DNA of 19,636 nucleotides from an uncultured bacterium (lineage in GTDB: Bacteria; Lernaellota; Lernaellaia; Lernaellales; Lernaellaceae), in the NCBI GenBank assembly GCA_964534375.1, contig CAZHPN010000118.1, positions 1-19,636 on the forward strand. Reading direction: 5' to 3'. Positions 8,830-17,011 of the stretch are shown here, piece after piece. Position numbers and translations under genes: made by a program. The notes under the pieces are model-generated. The model searched no databases and was not told the DNA's origin. It saw only the letters and a list, made by a program, of their open reading frames with translations. The first letter of the stretch is position 1. Each line of letters starts with the position of its first letter.

Positions 8830-9393
8830 TTATTTTTCGTCGCGGACCTTGGCGACGTAGTCCTCGCCTTCCTCGCCGATGATGCGGCGGACCACGCCGT
8901 CGCGCCCGATGATCACGGTGCGCGGCAACTCCATGTTCTTGTCTTCTTTAACGTCGAGATACGTGTCCTTCGCGTTGGCGTAGAAGTCCAGCGCGATCGA
9001 GAACGTCGTCGGGTTTCTGGCGAGGTAGTTGCGGATCGCCTCGTTCGTCTCCCCGATGTTGACGAGCACCACCTTCACGCCCGCCCGGCGCAACTCGTCG
9101 GCGGCGCGATTGAGCACGGCGATGCCGGCGCGGCAATTCGGACACCACGTCGCCCAAAACACCAGGGCCAGGCGCTGCACGCCCGGTTCGGCGAAGGGCA
9201 GTTGCACGTTGAACGGCTGGCCTTCCAGCGTCCAACAGCCCGCCAGCCACGGCGCCGGCTGGCCGATTTGCGCGCCGGCGGACTTGACCAGCAACTGGCT
9301 GGTCTTGCCCGTGGCGCCCGCCGCCCCGGCGCCGAGCCAGGCGCCGGCCGACAACAAGCACACCCAAACGACGACGTTCGCCGCACGCTTCAT
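8830..9393 (-). CDS. TlpA/ResA-family thiol:disulfide reductase (redoxin), 187 aa
   Basis: ATG 9393 overlaps the upstream TGA (ATGA). N-terminal hydrophobic segment, IGQPAP, FWATWCPNC active site, cis-Pro loop LPRTVIIGRDGVV. Confidence 0.88.
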   Translation of the reverse strand: MKRAANVVVWVCLLSAGAWLGAGAAGATGKTSQLLVKSAGAQIGQPAPWLAGCWTLEGQPFNVQLPFAEPGVQRLALVFWATWCPNCRAGIAVLNRAADELRRAGVKVVLVNIGETNEAIRNYLARNPTTFSIALDFYANAKDTYLDVKEDKNMELPRTVIIGRDGVVRRIIGEEGEDYVAKVRDEK

Positions 9394-10130
9394 TTTTTCT
9401 GGTCCTTTTTGTAGCCGGCCTGAATTTTCAACACCACGGCCGTCGCCGGCGGCGGGTCCGCCGCGACGGCGATTTGCCGATAGATCGTGTCTTTCTCGCC
9501 CGGATCGGCCTGGAGCGTCACCCGCACCCACAGGTACTCCTCGGGCTGCAAGGTGTACGGCAGCGTGACCGCGGCGCCGCCCTTGCCTGACACCGCGAGC
9601 GCCACATCGCCTTCGGACGCCAACACCTGCTTGATCGCGATCGGCTTCTTGCCGGTGTTGGTCAGCACGACATCGGCGAGCGCCTCCTTGCCGGGCGTCA
9701 GTTGGTCGAAGAACAGCGGGCTGGGCCGCAGCGTCAACGGCTGCCACGTCTTGCCCTTGACGTGCAGCGTGACCTCAGGCCGCGCCGGGTCGGTGCTGCG
9801 AACGATGACCTCTTTGTCCAGATCGCCGAGGCGATAGGACGTGTCGAGTTCGACAATGATCGCCCCCGACTGGCCGGGCTTCAACGTTTTCGGGTCGGCG
9901 AAGGCCTGCGTGCAATCGCACGTCGCGCGCACCTCGGTTATTTCGAGCGGCGCGTCGCCCGCGTTGCGCACCGGAAAATCGGCGCTGACCCGCGTTCCCG
10001 CCTCGGTTTCCGGGAACGTGAACAACTCGCGCTCGAACGACAGCCGCGGCGCCGCCCACGCCGGCGCGGCAAACGCCAACGAGCACAGGATCAGCAGCAT
10101 GAAGCTGTACGCAAATCGCCAACCGTTCAT
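9390..10130 (-). CDS. DUF1573-like protein with two Ig-like domains, 246 aa
   Basis: ATG 10130 with GGAG RBS (alternative GTG 10136) and signal peptide. FPVRNAGDAPLEITEVRATCDCT...LKPGQSG matches the DUF1573 pattern. Second Ig-like unit LTNTGKKPIAI...LQPEE. Confidence 0.8.
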   Translation of the reverse strand: MNGWRFAYSFMLLILCSLAFAAPAWAAPRLSFERELFTFPETEAGTRVSADFPVRNAGDAPLEITEVRATCDCTQAFADPKTLKPGQSGAIIVELDTSYRLGDLDKEVIVRSTDPARPEVTLHVKGKTWQPLTLRPSPLFFDQLTPGKEALADVVLTNTGKKPIAIKQVLASEGDVALAVSGKGGAAVTLPYTLQPEEYLWVRVTLQADPGEKDTIYRQIAVAADPPPATAVVLKIQAGYKKDQKK

Positions 10131-10149
10131 CGTCACTCCGGCGCTGTCG

Positions 10150-11256
10150 TTACTCTTCGTCCCCGGTCCCCTTCGTCGTCTCCTTGTCCAGTTCGTCGAA
10201 CGCGCTCTGCGCGTGTTTTCTGGTCTGCTCCGTCAGGTATTGCAGCAATTTGCCGCGCGGGACCTTCGCCTTCGGCAGCCCGTACATCAGTTGGCCGTCG
10301 GGGCCGCGGAATTCCTTCTCATCCAACTCGCCGGCCGGCGGCTTGGCCGGCGTCGGCGGCGCAACGGGCGGCGGCGCCACGACCGGCGGAACGGCTGGCG
10401 CGGCCGGTCGGGTCGGCGGCGGCGCAACGGGCGGGGCGGCGGGTGGCGCCGGCGCCACGGGCGGCGGCGCCGGCGGGACGACGGCCGGGGCCGGCGGCGG
10501 CGCGGCCGGTTCCGGCGCGGGCGTCGATCCGCCGCCGTAGGCCACGGCGACGCCCTTCGAATTGAGCCACGTCCGCGCGACGTTGGATCGGATCGCGAAA
10601 TTCAAGCCTTCCAACGTCACCGAGCTCGAGCCGCTGCGCGAGACGAACGAATTGACCCCCACCACCTGGCCGTTCGCGTTCAGCAGCGGTCCGCCCGAGT
10701 TGCCGGGGTTCAAGCTCGCCTGCGACTGCACGATGTCGCGGCGGCCCATTTTCCGCAGCGCGGACACAGTCCCCGTGGTCAGCGTCCACAGCCCGCCGCC
10801 TTCCGGATGGCCGATCGCCGCCACGGTGTCGCCGACCTGAATGCTTTCGCCGGCGGCCAGCGACAACGGCGTCGCGGGCGGCGCGCCTTGCGCCTGCAGC
10901 ACCGCCAGATCCAGGTCGGGATCGTACGCCAGCACCTTCGCCGAGCGCGGATCGCGCAGATCGCTCTCGTAATCGCCGGTCATTTTCGCCGGCCGATAGT
11001 ACACGGTGATCGTGCTAAACGGCCGGTGGGTCGTCTCGTTGATGACCACGTGGCTGTTGGTGAGGATTTTGCCGTCGGCGGTCACGAGCGAGCCGGCGCC
11101 CATGCTGCCGCCGCCGCCGTTGGTTTCCAACCCATAGATCAAGACGACGCTGGGCCCGGCCGTCCGGTACACCTGCGCGGACGAAAAATCGCCGCCCGAG
11201 GCGACGCTCAGGCACAGCACGCACACGATCGCCGACACCAACAATGCCCGTTTCAT
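10150..11256 (-). CDS. Exported trypsin-like (S1) serine protease without PDZ domain, with Pro-rich linker and C-terminal helix, 368 aa
   Basis: ATG 11256 overlaps the upstream TGA (ATGA), with GGAGG RBS and signal peptide. Triad motifs ILTNSHV, DLDLAVL and LNPGNSGGPL. Confidence 0.9.
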   Translation of the reverse strand: MKRALLVSAIVCVLCLSVASGGDFSSAQVYRTAGPSVVLIYGLETNGGGGSMGAGSLVTADGKILTNSHVVINETTHRPFSTITVYYRPAKMTGDYESDLRDPRSAKVLAYDPDLDLAVLQAQGAPPATPLSLAAGESIQVGDTVAAIGHPEGGGLWTLTTGTVSALRKMGRRDIVQSQASLNPGNSGGPLLNANGQVVGVNSFVSRSGSSSVTLEGLNFAIRSNVARTWLNSKGVAVAYGGGSTPAPEPAAPPPAPAVVPPAPPPVAPAPPAAPPVAPPPTRPAAPAVPPVVAPPPVAPPTPAKPPAGELDEKEFRGPDGQLMYGLPKAKVPRGKLLQYLTEQTRKHAQSAFDELDKETTKGTGDEE

Positions 11257-12380
11257 TTCCCACCCTCCCGTTCTGACGCTTGGCGGTCTTCCACCACATC
11301 GATGGGCAAGACCGGCGATAGGGCTTTTACCAACTGCGGCAGCAAACAATCCGGATTGCTGCAATTCGAATCGCTGATCGCGCGATACAACTGAACGGTC
11401 GCCCGGTTGTCGTCGCCTTCCACGGCCTCCAACTTGAGGTCGATGGCGGCCAACTGCCGCCGGTCCGAGCAATCGTTGAACGACCCCGTCATCGATAAAA
11501 CGCACGCTCGTCCCAACCCGAATTGCGCGCGATGGCACTCGATCCGCGGATTGACCAGCAATTCGTAACGCTGCGGACCGCAAACGCCGGGCGTCGCTTC
11601 CAATCCCAGGCGGGTCAACGCGCGGGTCAATGCCATGACCATCACCTCGCGCGCTTCGGGCGGCTCCGTCCGCTCGGGGTTGACGGTGATGCGCAGCCCG
11701 CGCAGCAGTTTCTCGCGCGCGCCGTCGATCGCCATGAAGGCTTTGGAATCCTCCGCGAATCCCGGATGATGCCGCCCCGAAATCGCGTGAATCTCCACGT
11801 CGCGCGCGACCAAATCCTGGAACGCCGCTTGCGCTCGCCGATACGCCGGCGTGAACGCCGCGGCTTCGTTTTGCAGGGCCGGCAGCGTCGGCGCGACGCT
11901 GCGGAACCCCGCCGCCGCCGTGTCGTATTCCCGCATCGCGGTTTCGTAAAAATCGGCCCGCGAGAGGAACGCCAAAACGCTCCATTGTCCGCCGGATTGC
12001 TGCACGGATTGCCGGTCGATCTTGATCATCTCGTTGTGCTTGAACTCCGTGCGGGTTTTGACCTCCGAAACGACCCGCTGGAAGTCGTTGCTCCGCCCGT
12101 TGAGCGTGTCGACGCCCTCCACGCTGTACACGCCGCCCTTAATGTTCGACCGAATCTGTGCGGCGATGTCGATCCGGGCTTTCTGTTCGGCGTCGTCCTG
12201 GCTGACCGCGCTCGTGCCCGTGCCCGTGACGTACTCGGACGACGGATATCGCGATGAATAACGCGCCTGTTGCCGCGGCGCGCCCGCGGGCCCCGGCGGC
12301 GGCGTCTTCGCCGTCGCGCAGGCCAAACCAAGCAAGACGACGGCCACGAAGCTTCGCCCGATAAATTGGGATATTCTCAC
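11253..12380 (-). CDS. LPP20-domain lipoprotein, multi-domain, 375 aa
   Basis: Probable GTG start 12380 (AAGG RBS) with hydrophobic stretch ending LGLA-C. YVTGTG...AEQKARIDIAAQIRSNI fits the LPP20 pattern. A helical region and a Cys-rich C-terminal domain follow. Confidence 0.72.
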   Translation of the reverse strand: MRISQFIGRSFVAVVLLGLACATAKTPPPGPAGAPRQQARYSSRYPSSEYVTGTGTSAVSQDDAEQKARIDIAAQIRSNIKGGVYSVEGVDTLNGRSNDFQRVVSEVKTRTEFKHNEMIKIDRQSVQQSGGQWSVLAFLSRADFYETAMREYDTAAAGFRSVAPTLPALQNEAAAFTPAYRRAQAAFQDLVARDVEIHAISGRHHPGFAEDSKAFMAIDGAREKLLRGLRITVNPERTEPPEAREVMVMALTRALTRLGLEATPGVCGPQRYELLVNPRIECHRAQFGLGRACVLSMTGSFNDCSDRRQLAAIDLKLEAVEGDDNRATVQLYRAISDSNCSNPDCLLPQLVKALSPVLPIDVVEDRQASEREGGK

Positions 12381-12532
12381 AAAGCGACCTTTCTTCTCCG
12401 ACGTTGCAATCAAAGGCGTACGTGCGACCCGGACCCCTCCCCAGCCTGCCTGAGCCAAGGCTGCGGCAGGCTCGCCCCTCCCCGACGCGGAAAGGGGCTA
12501 TTCGGGCGCCGGCCGGGCCTGCGCCCGGCCGG

Positions 12533-12633
12533 GTGGGGGCGGTTCGCGAACCGCCCCCGCAATTTGGTTGGGCAGGCACGGAGGCCTGCCCCTACGTTCC
12601 CGGGCAGGCACGGGGGGCTGCCCCTACGTTCCG
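12533..12633. repeat. GTAG-family REP-like palindromes
   Basis: Perfect 24-bp palindrome GGGGGCGGTTCGCGAACCGCCCCC (12535-12558). Two tandem 32-bp units (12570-12601, 12602-12633) read GTAGGGGCAGGCCTCCGTGCCTGCCC and GTAGGGGCAGCCCCCCGTGCCTGCCC on the minus strand. Confidence 0.75.
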
Positions 12634-12682
12634 CGACTGGTGAGGGCGCCCACCCGGCTCCCGGGTCGCCGCGCCACCTCAC

Positions 12683-12722
12683 CATTGTTCACTGTTCACT
12701 ATTCACTGTTCACTGTTCACTG
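12683..12722. repeat. Heptamer tandem repeat (CACTGTT) x ~5.7
   Basis: cattgtt cactgtt cactatt cactgtt cactgtt cactg, starting 4 nt after the stop of the 12727 gene. Confidence 0.9.
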
Positions 12723-12726
12723 GCCA

Positions 12727-13347
12727 CTAATTGGCGGCGGGCGCCTGCTTGTTCTTGTCGATTTCCTGGTCGAGTTCGCTGAACGCCTTGTCGGCCCGCG
12801 CCTGGACCGCCTTGCGGATGCCTTCCGACAGGGTCTTCATGTTCGACACCATGCTCTTGAACTTCTCGACGTCGAGTGAAACCAACGCGTAAAATGTGCT
12901 GTTTTTGCTGATCCACGTGTCGACCAATTCCGTGCCCGCGAGGGTCTGGTCAGTGACTTGCTTGGCGACGTCCTTGAGATCTTGCTCGTCCGCGGCGGCC
13001 TTGCCGAACTCCTCGCCGCCGGTCGTCGTGCGTTGATAGTCCGCGATCATCGCTTTCACGTGCGTTTCCAGGCTCCGCGCCAATTCGGTCCGTGCGCGCG
13101 CCGTCGCGCCGGTGCGCGCCAACGAGATGTTTTTCGTGCCCGTGATGCTGCCCACGCCGTAAATCGCCGGGGCGTCTTTGTGGTCCTTTTTGTACGCATT
13201 GCCGCCGATCTTCACCCAGTTCGGCGCGCCGGCCAACTCGTCGTCGAACGCCTGCGCCATCGGTTTCTGCGCGCTCGCGCAACCCGCCGCCAACGCCAAC
13301 CCTGCCAGCAACAAAACACCCACCGCGATCAACAACATCCGTTTCAT
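12727..13347 (-). CDS. LPP20-family lipoprotein, 206 aa
   Basis: GGAGG RBS and lipobox LAAG-C. APNWV, IYGVGS, LARTGATARARTELARSLETHVKAM and TFYALV are typical LPP20 features. Confidence 0.82.
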   Translation of the reverse strand: MKRMLLIAVGVLLLAGLALAAGCASAQKPMAQAFDDELAGAPNWVKIGGNAYKKDHKDAPAIYGVGSITGTKNISLARTGATARARTELARSLETHVKAMIADYQRTTTGGEEFGKAAADEQDLKDVAKQVTDQTLAGTELVDTWISKNSTFYALVSLDVEKFKSMVSNMKTLSEGIRKAVQARADKAFSELDQEIDKNKQAPAAN

Positions 13348-13542
13348 GGTTTACCCTCCGTTCGTTTGTTTAGCTTACTTCAACATAGTTTTCGGTTGCC
13401 GAACCTAAACTGCTTTTTCTGCTCGACCTGCAGCCGCGCGCCGCTGCGCCTCGGACCGGAGCCGTATTCGCCGCACAACTCACGGCGAGCGTTCGCCGCT
13501 GTTCGATAACGATCGAAAGATGAAAGCCTAACCGCAAAAAGC

Positions 13543-13572
13543 ATTTAACAACTTCTGCGCCGTGGCTGTCAA
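13543..13572 (-). promoter_or_regulatory. Possible sigma-70 promoter for the LPP20 operon
   Basis: Minus strand TTGACA (13572-13567), 18-nt spacer, TTAAAT. The -10 match is imperfect. Confidence 0.35.
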
Positions 13573-13646
13573 CGGTAAAATCGCGGGATTCCACGGTTTA
13601 GCGACACGAAGCCGCTCGGAAGTCCGCCGCCCGTCTGCCTTCCGCC

Positions 13647-15857
13647 TCAGTCCTGCACGCAACGAAACCCGAGGTTGTGTTCCGCTTCGCTAGGCTTGTA
13701 CCCGGTCCGGTAGGATGCGCGGCCGAAACTGGAGTTGTCGTTCCACCCGCCGCCGCGGAGCACCCGATATCCAGTCGCCGACGGCCCCTTAGGGTTGTCC
13801 GAAGGCGACGTGGCGTAGGTTTTTTTATTGTACCAATCCGCGCACCATTCATAAACGTTGCCCAACATGTCGTACAGCCCGTACGCGTTGGGCTTCTTTT
13901 GCGCCACCGGATGCGTCTTGTTGTCGGAATTCTTCGAATGCCACGCGATCGCGTCGACCTCGCCGTACCGCGGCCCCGCCGTCCCGCCGCGCGCCGCGAA
14001 CTCCCACTCCGCCTCGGTCGGCAGACGTTTGCCCACCTTTGCGCAATAATCGGCCGCCTCATCCCATTTGACCGTCTCCACCGGGCAGTCGGCGCACCCG
14101 GCGAACTTGCTCGGGTTGCGGCCCATAGCGCTCTGGAATTGCGCCTGCGTCACCGGCGTCGCGTCCATCCAGAAGGCGGCGACCGTCACTTGGTGCGCCG
14201 GCTTCTCGTCCTTGCCGCATTCCGCGTCGTCCGGCGAGCAGCCCATCAGGAACGCGCCGCCGGGAACGCGGACCATGCCGGGCCGGCCACCCGCCGCCGG
14301 CGCGGGCGCGGTCGCGGTCGCCGCGCCGGCCGCGGCCGCCTCGACGGACCCGGCCGTCGACGCCAACGCACCGTCGACCAGGGTCAGGGTCGTTTTGTCT
14401 CGGTCGAAGATGTGGTCGGCGAAGATCCGGGCCGTCGTGCTCTTCGCATCCGGCCACGTCCTGCCGACGTGTCGGCGCTGCGCCTTGGTCAGCGTGATGA
14501 TCGCCCCGGCCGGCGCGGCGGCGACCGCCCGGCGTTGATTCGGGAGCAGTTGGATGACCACGGATTTTTCCGACGCCGCCGGCGCCGCCGACACGGCCGC
14601 GGCGGGCGGGGCCGCCGCCGCGGTCACTTCCGCCGCGACCGCCGTCTCCTCCCGCTCCTTGACCTCGACCGTATTGCGCCAGGCGCCCTGCGCCGTTCGC
14701 ACCTCGATGTTGTGCCGCCCGATCAGCACCTTGCCGATCGTGCCCGGCGCGGCGCCGACCTTCACGCCGTCGACGTACACCTCGCCCTCGAGGTCGTCGC
14801 CCCGCGCGTTGCGCGCGGTCACGGCGAGCGCGCCCTCGCGCCGCGGCAGCGTCACCGCGACGCGCCGCTGCTCCCCGGCCTTCAGGTCGATCTTTTCGCC
14901 CTGGTCGTAGTAGCGCGGATCGGTCACCACGACGTCATGCGGCCCCGGATCGAGTTCGTAGTCGGCCAGCGGCGTCCGGCCGGCGGTCTTGCCGTCGATC
15001 GTCACCGCCAGCCCGCTCGGCTCGCTGGTCACGGTCACCCGGCCGAAGTTGGGCTCGAGCGTCCAATTCACCCGCGTGCCCTTCTTGACGCCGATCGTCT
15101 CCTCCCGCGGTTTGTAGCGCAGCAGTTTCATCGAGATCGTGACCGTGGCGCCCGTCGCCAGCGCCCGGCTGCACGGCGTCGTCTGGCACAACGGTGCGCC
15201 GTCAGCTTCCACAAATGCCCCTTTCGGCGCGCTCTCGAAATCCACGACGGTCGTGTCGACGCCGTGCGGCGCTTCCCATGCGGCGGGGGCCTGGCCGATG
15301 CGGCCTTCCGCGGCGACGCGGCCGCCGCCGGCCGCATGCGCGGCCGGGGCCACACCGGCTTTTTCGAGCAACGATCGCATCACTTCTTTCGCGGCGGCGG
15401 TCACTAGCGAATCCTGCTCTTCGAGCGAACCGGCCGGCGTATTGGCGCCGGGCAACATCCCGCGCGACGGGACGTGGTGCAGCCTCAGTTCCACGTGCAA
15501 CTTGCCGGCGAAGGTGACAATATCTCCCGTGACGATGTACTCGGCGCCCAGCTTCTGGCCTGTGTCGACCTCGCAACTGGCCTCGGCGCATTTCTTGAGG
15601 TCCATCCCCTGCGGCAGCAACGCCTCCATGTTCTCGCGAGTCATGACGATGAACTTGTCGTTCGGCAGCATCTGGCTCGCGACGGTCCGAACGTTGTTCG
15701 TCAGGTATTCCGCCTCGTCATCCGTGATGCCGGCCCGATTGGTGAGCGCCAACACCGCGACGAGCTTTCCCATCGTCTGCGCGAACCCCGCGTTGTCGGA
15801 CGCCGCGAACGCCAGCGCCGCCAACGCCGCCATCGCCAAGATGCGAATTGTCTTCAT
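13647..15857 (-). CDS. Exported protein: CsgG/TolB-N-like domain, PEGA repeats, small unknown domain, FGE-sulfatase/C-lectin domain, 736 aa
   Basis: ATG 15857 (alternative GTG 15866) with GGAGG upstream and signal peptide ending AGFA-Q. PEGA region is paralogous to 4929-6620. FGE motifs RLPTEAEWEFAARGG, YDMLGNVYEW, RGGGW and LGFRC. Confidence 0.88.
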   Translation of the reverse strand: MKTIRILAMAALAALAFAASDNAGFAQTMGKLVAVLALTNRAGITDDEAEYLTNNVRTVASQMLPNDKFIVMTRENMEALLPQGMDLKKCAEASCEVDTGQKLGAEYIVTGDIVTFAGKLHVELRLHHVPSRGMLPGANTPAGSLEEQDSLVTAAAKEVMRSLLEKAGVAPAAHAAGGGRVAAEGRIGQAPAAWEAPHGVDTTVVDFESAPKGAFVEADGAPLCQTTPCSRALATGATVTISMKLLRYKPREETIGVKKGTRVNWTLEPNFGRVTVTSEPSGLAVTIDGKTAGRTPLADYELDPGPHDVVVTDPRYYDQGEKIDLKAGEQRRVAVTLPRREGALAVTARNARGDDLEGEVYVDGVKVGAAPGTIGKVLIGRHNIEVRTAQGAWRNTVEVKEREETAVAAEVTAAAAPPAAAVSAAPAASEKSVVIQLLPNQRRAVAAAPAGAIITLTKAQRRHVGRTWPDAKSTTARIFADHIFDRDKTTLTLVDGALASTAGSVEAAAAGAATATAPAPAAGGRPGMVRVPGGAFLMGCSPDDAECGKDEKPAHQVTVAAFWMDATPVTQAQFQSAMGRNPSKFAGCADCPVETVKWDEAADYCAKVGKRLPTEAEWEFAARGGTAGPRYGEVDAIAWHSKNSDNKTHPVAQKKPNAYGLYDMLGNVYEWCADWYNKKTYATSPSDNPKGPSATGYRVLRGGGWNDNSSFGRASYRTGYKPSEAEHNLGFRCVQD

Positions 15858-15918
15858 CGTCGCCACCAGCCTCCCCCAAGAAACCGCTCTCGTTTTCTGT
15901 CGTTGCGACGCACGCCGC

Positions 15919-16938
15919 TCAATTGCCCTGGTTCTTCACCAACGTGAATAACGATTCCGCGGCTTCCGGCAGCGCCTTTTCCAGCGTCAACAAATCCTTG
16001 CTCTTGACCGTGCGCTCGCCGAGGACGCCGCCGCCTTTCTTGTCATGGGCGTTGAGCACCGCGCTGTATTGGCCGGCCACCGACCGAATCTCGCCCGCGA
16101 CGACGTAGTCCCGGCCTTTTTTCGGCTCGGACGCGCCGGCGCCCGGCGCCGCGCCGCCGTCGCCGAGGTCCGCGCCGCCGATCCCGGGGCCCGCGCTCGG
16201 CGGCTGCAAGGCCATCGTGTATTCGTGCGTCAGGATGGTGAATTGGGTCGACGGCAGCAACTGGCCCGCCTTTCCGCGCACGAGATCCGACAGATACGCC
16301 GCCGCGGAATCGCTGACGTTCGCGTCGTGGTGCAGATCCAGCACCGACACCCGTTGCGGCGCGCCCGGCAGCAGCCCGATCGCCGGCAACACGTCATGGT
16401 TGGCCACGGCCTTGAACAGGGAATCGGCCGCGTTTTCGATCGCCCGGTCCAGCGACGACAACTTCTTGCCCTTCACGGTTTCCATGCCCAGAAACGATCC
16501 GCGTTTGCAGTCGTGGGCCCGGAGCACGACCCGCAATTGCGCGGCGTAGGTCAGCAGGTCGACGGTGAGCATGTAGTCCGCGCCGATCGCGCGCCCCACC
16601 TCGACTTCGCTCGGCGCGGGGGCGCCGATCCGCCGCGCCACCGTCGTCTCGCGCGGGACCGAGTCGATTTTGCGCGTCAGGTTCGTGCCCGGCGGCAACG
16701 CGGCCGCGATGGCGCCGTTGGTCATGACCGTGTAACGCGCCGCCGGCAACGTCCGGCTCGCCCGCGCGCGCACGAGTTTCGTCAGTTTCGCCGCATCGGC
16801 CTCGCTGACGTTCGCGCCGTTGCGCAACTGGCACACCGCGACCTTCAGCGGCGCCGGCGCGCTCTGCGCCAACGCGACCGCGGGCTGCCAGAACAGGAAC
16901 GCCAGGAGAACGCCGATTTTCGCCGTGCTGTTTTTCAT
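15919..16938 (-). CDS. Exported protein with two tandem CsgG/TolB-N-like domains, 339 aa
   Basis: Signal peptide ending ALA-Q. Internal duplication VAVCQLRNGANVSEADAAKLTKLVR / VSVLDLHHDANVSDSAAAYLSDLVR, homologous to the N-domains of three neighbouring genes. Confidence 0.78.
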   Translation of the reverse strand: MKNSTAKIGVLLAFLFWQPAVALAQSAPAPLKVAVCQLRNGANVSEADAAKLTKLVRARASRTLPAARYTVMTNGAIAAALPPGTNLTRKIDSVPRETTVARRIGAPAPSEVEVGRAIGADYMLTVDLLTYAAQLRVVLRAHDCKRGSFLGMETVKGKKLSSLDRAIENAADSLFKAVANHDVLPAIGLLPGAPQRVSVLDLHHDANVSDSAAAYLSDLVRGKAGQLLPSTQFTILTHEYTMALQPPSAGPGIGGADLGDGGAAPGAGASEPKKGRDYVVAGEIRSVAGQYSAVLNAHDKKGGGVLGERTVKSKDLLTLEKALPEAAESLFTLVKNQGN

Positions 16939-17011
16939 CTCTGCTGTCTTTCCGCCCGGTCCGGGCTTTCCCGTTTTGCGGCGGCGTCGCCGCGATCGAC
17001 CGTGGGGGCAG

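Noticed and set aside
10150..11256. Calling the protease degP/htrA
   Set aside because: The catalytic domain is HtrA-like but there is no PDZ domain, so orthology is unsupported.
473..12458. Longer upstream starts in the ORF track (2878, 5065, 6686, 9747, 11985, 12458)
   Set aside because: The extensions overlap neighbouring genes, promoters or repeats. The downstream starts have RBSs or ATGA coupling and begin with signal peptides.
12570..12633. 32-bp direct repeats as a CRISPR array
   Set aside because: Only two directly adjacent units, no spacer, no cas genes. The sequence has GTAG-REP form.
3407..14290. A complete diversity-generating retroelement in the window, with one FGE tail as template for the other
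   Set aside because: There is no reverse transcriptase or Avd-like gene. Differences between the two tails are not adenine-restricted and both lie in intact CDSs.
13647..14290. Catalytic formylglycine-generating enzyme (also 3407-4050)
   Set aside because: Both domains lack the active-site Cys pair that follows RGGS in true FGE (here RGGSWRS and RGGGWND), and no sulfatase gene is nearby.
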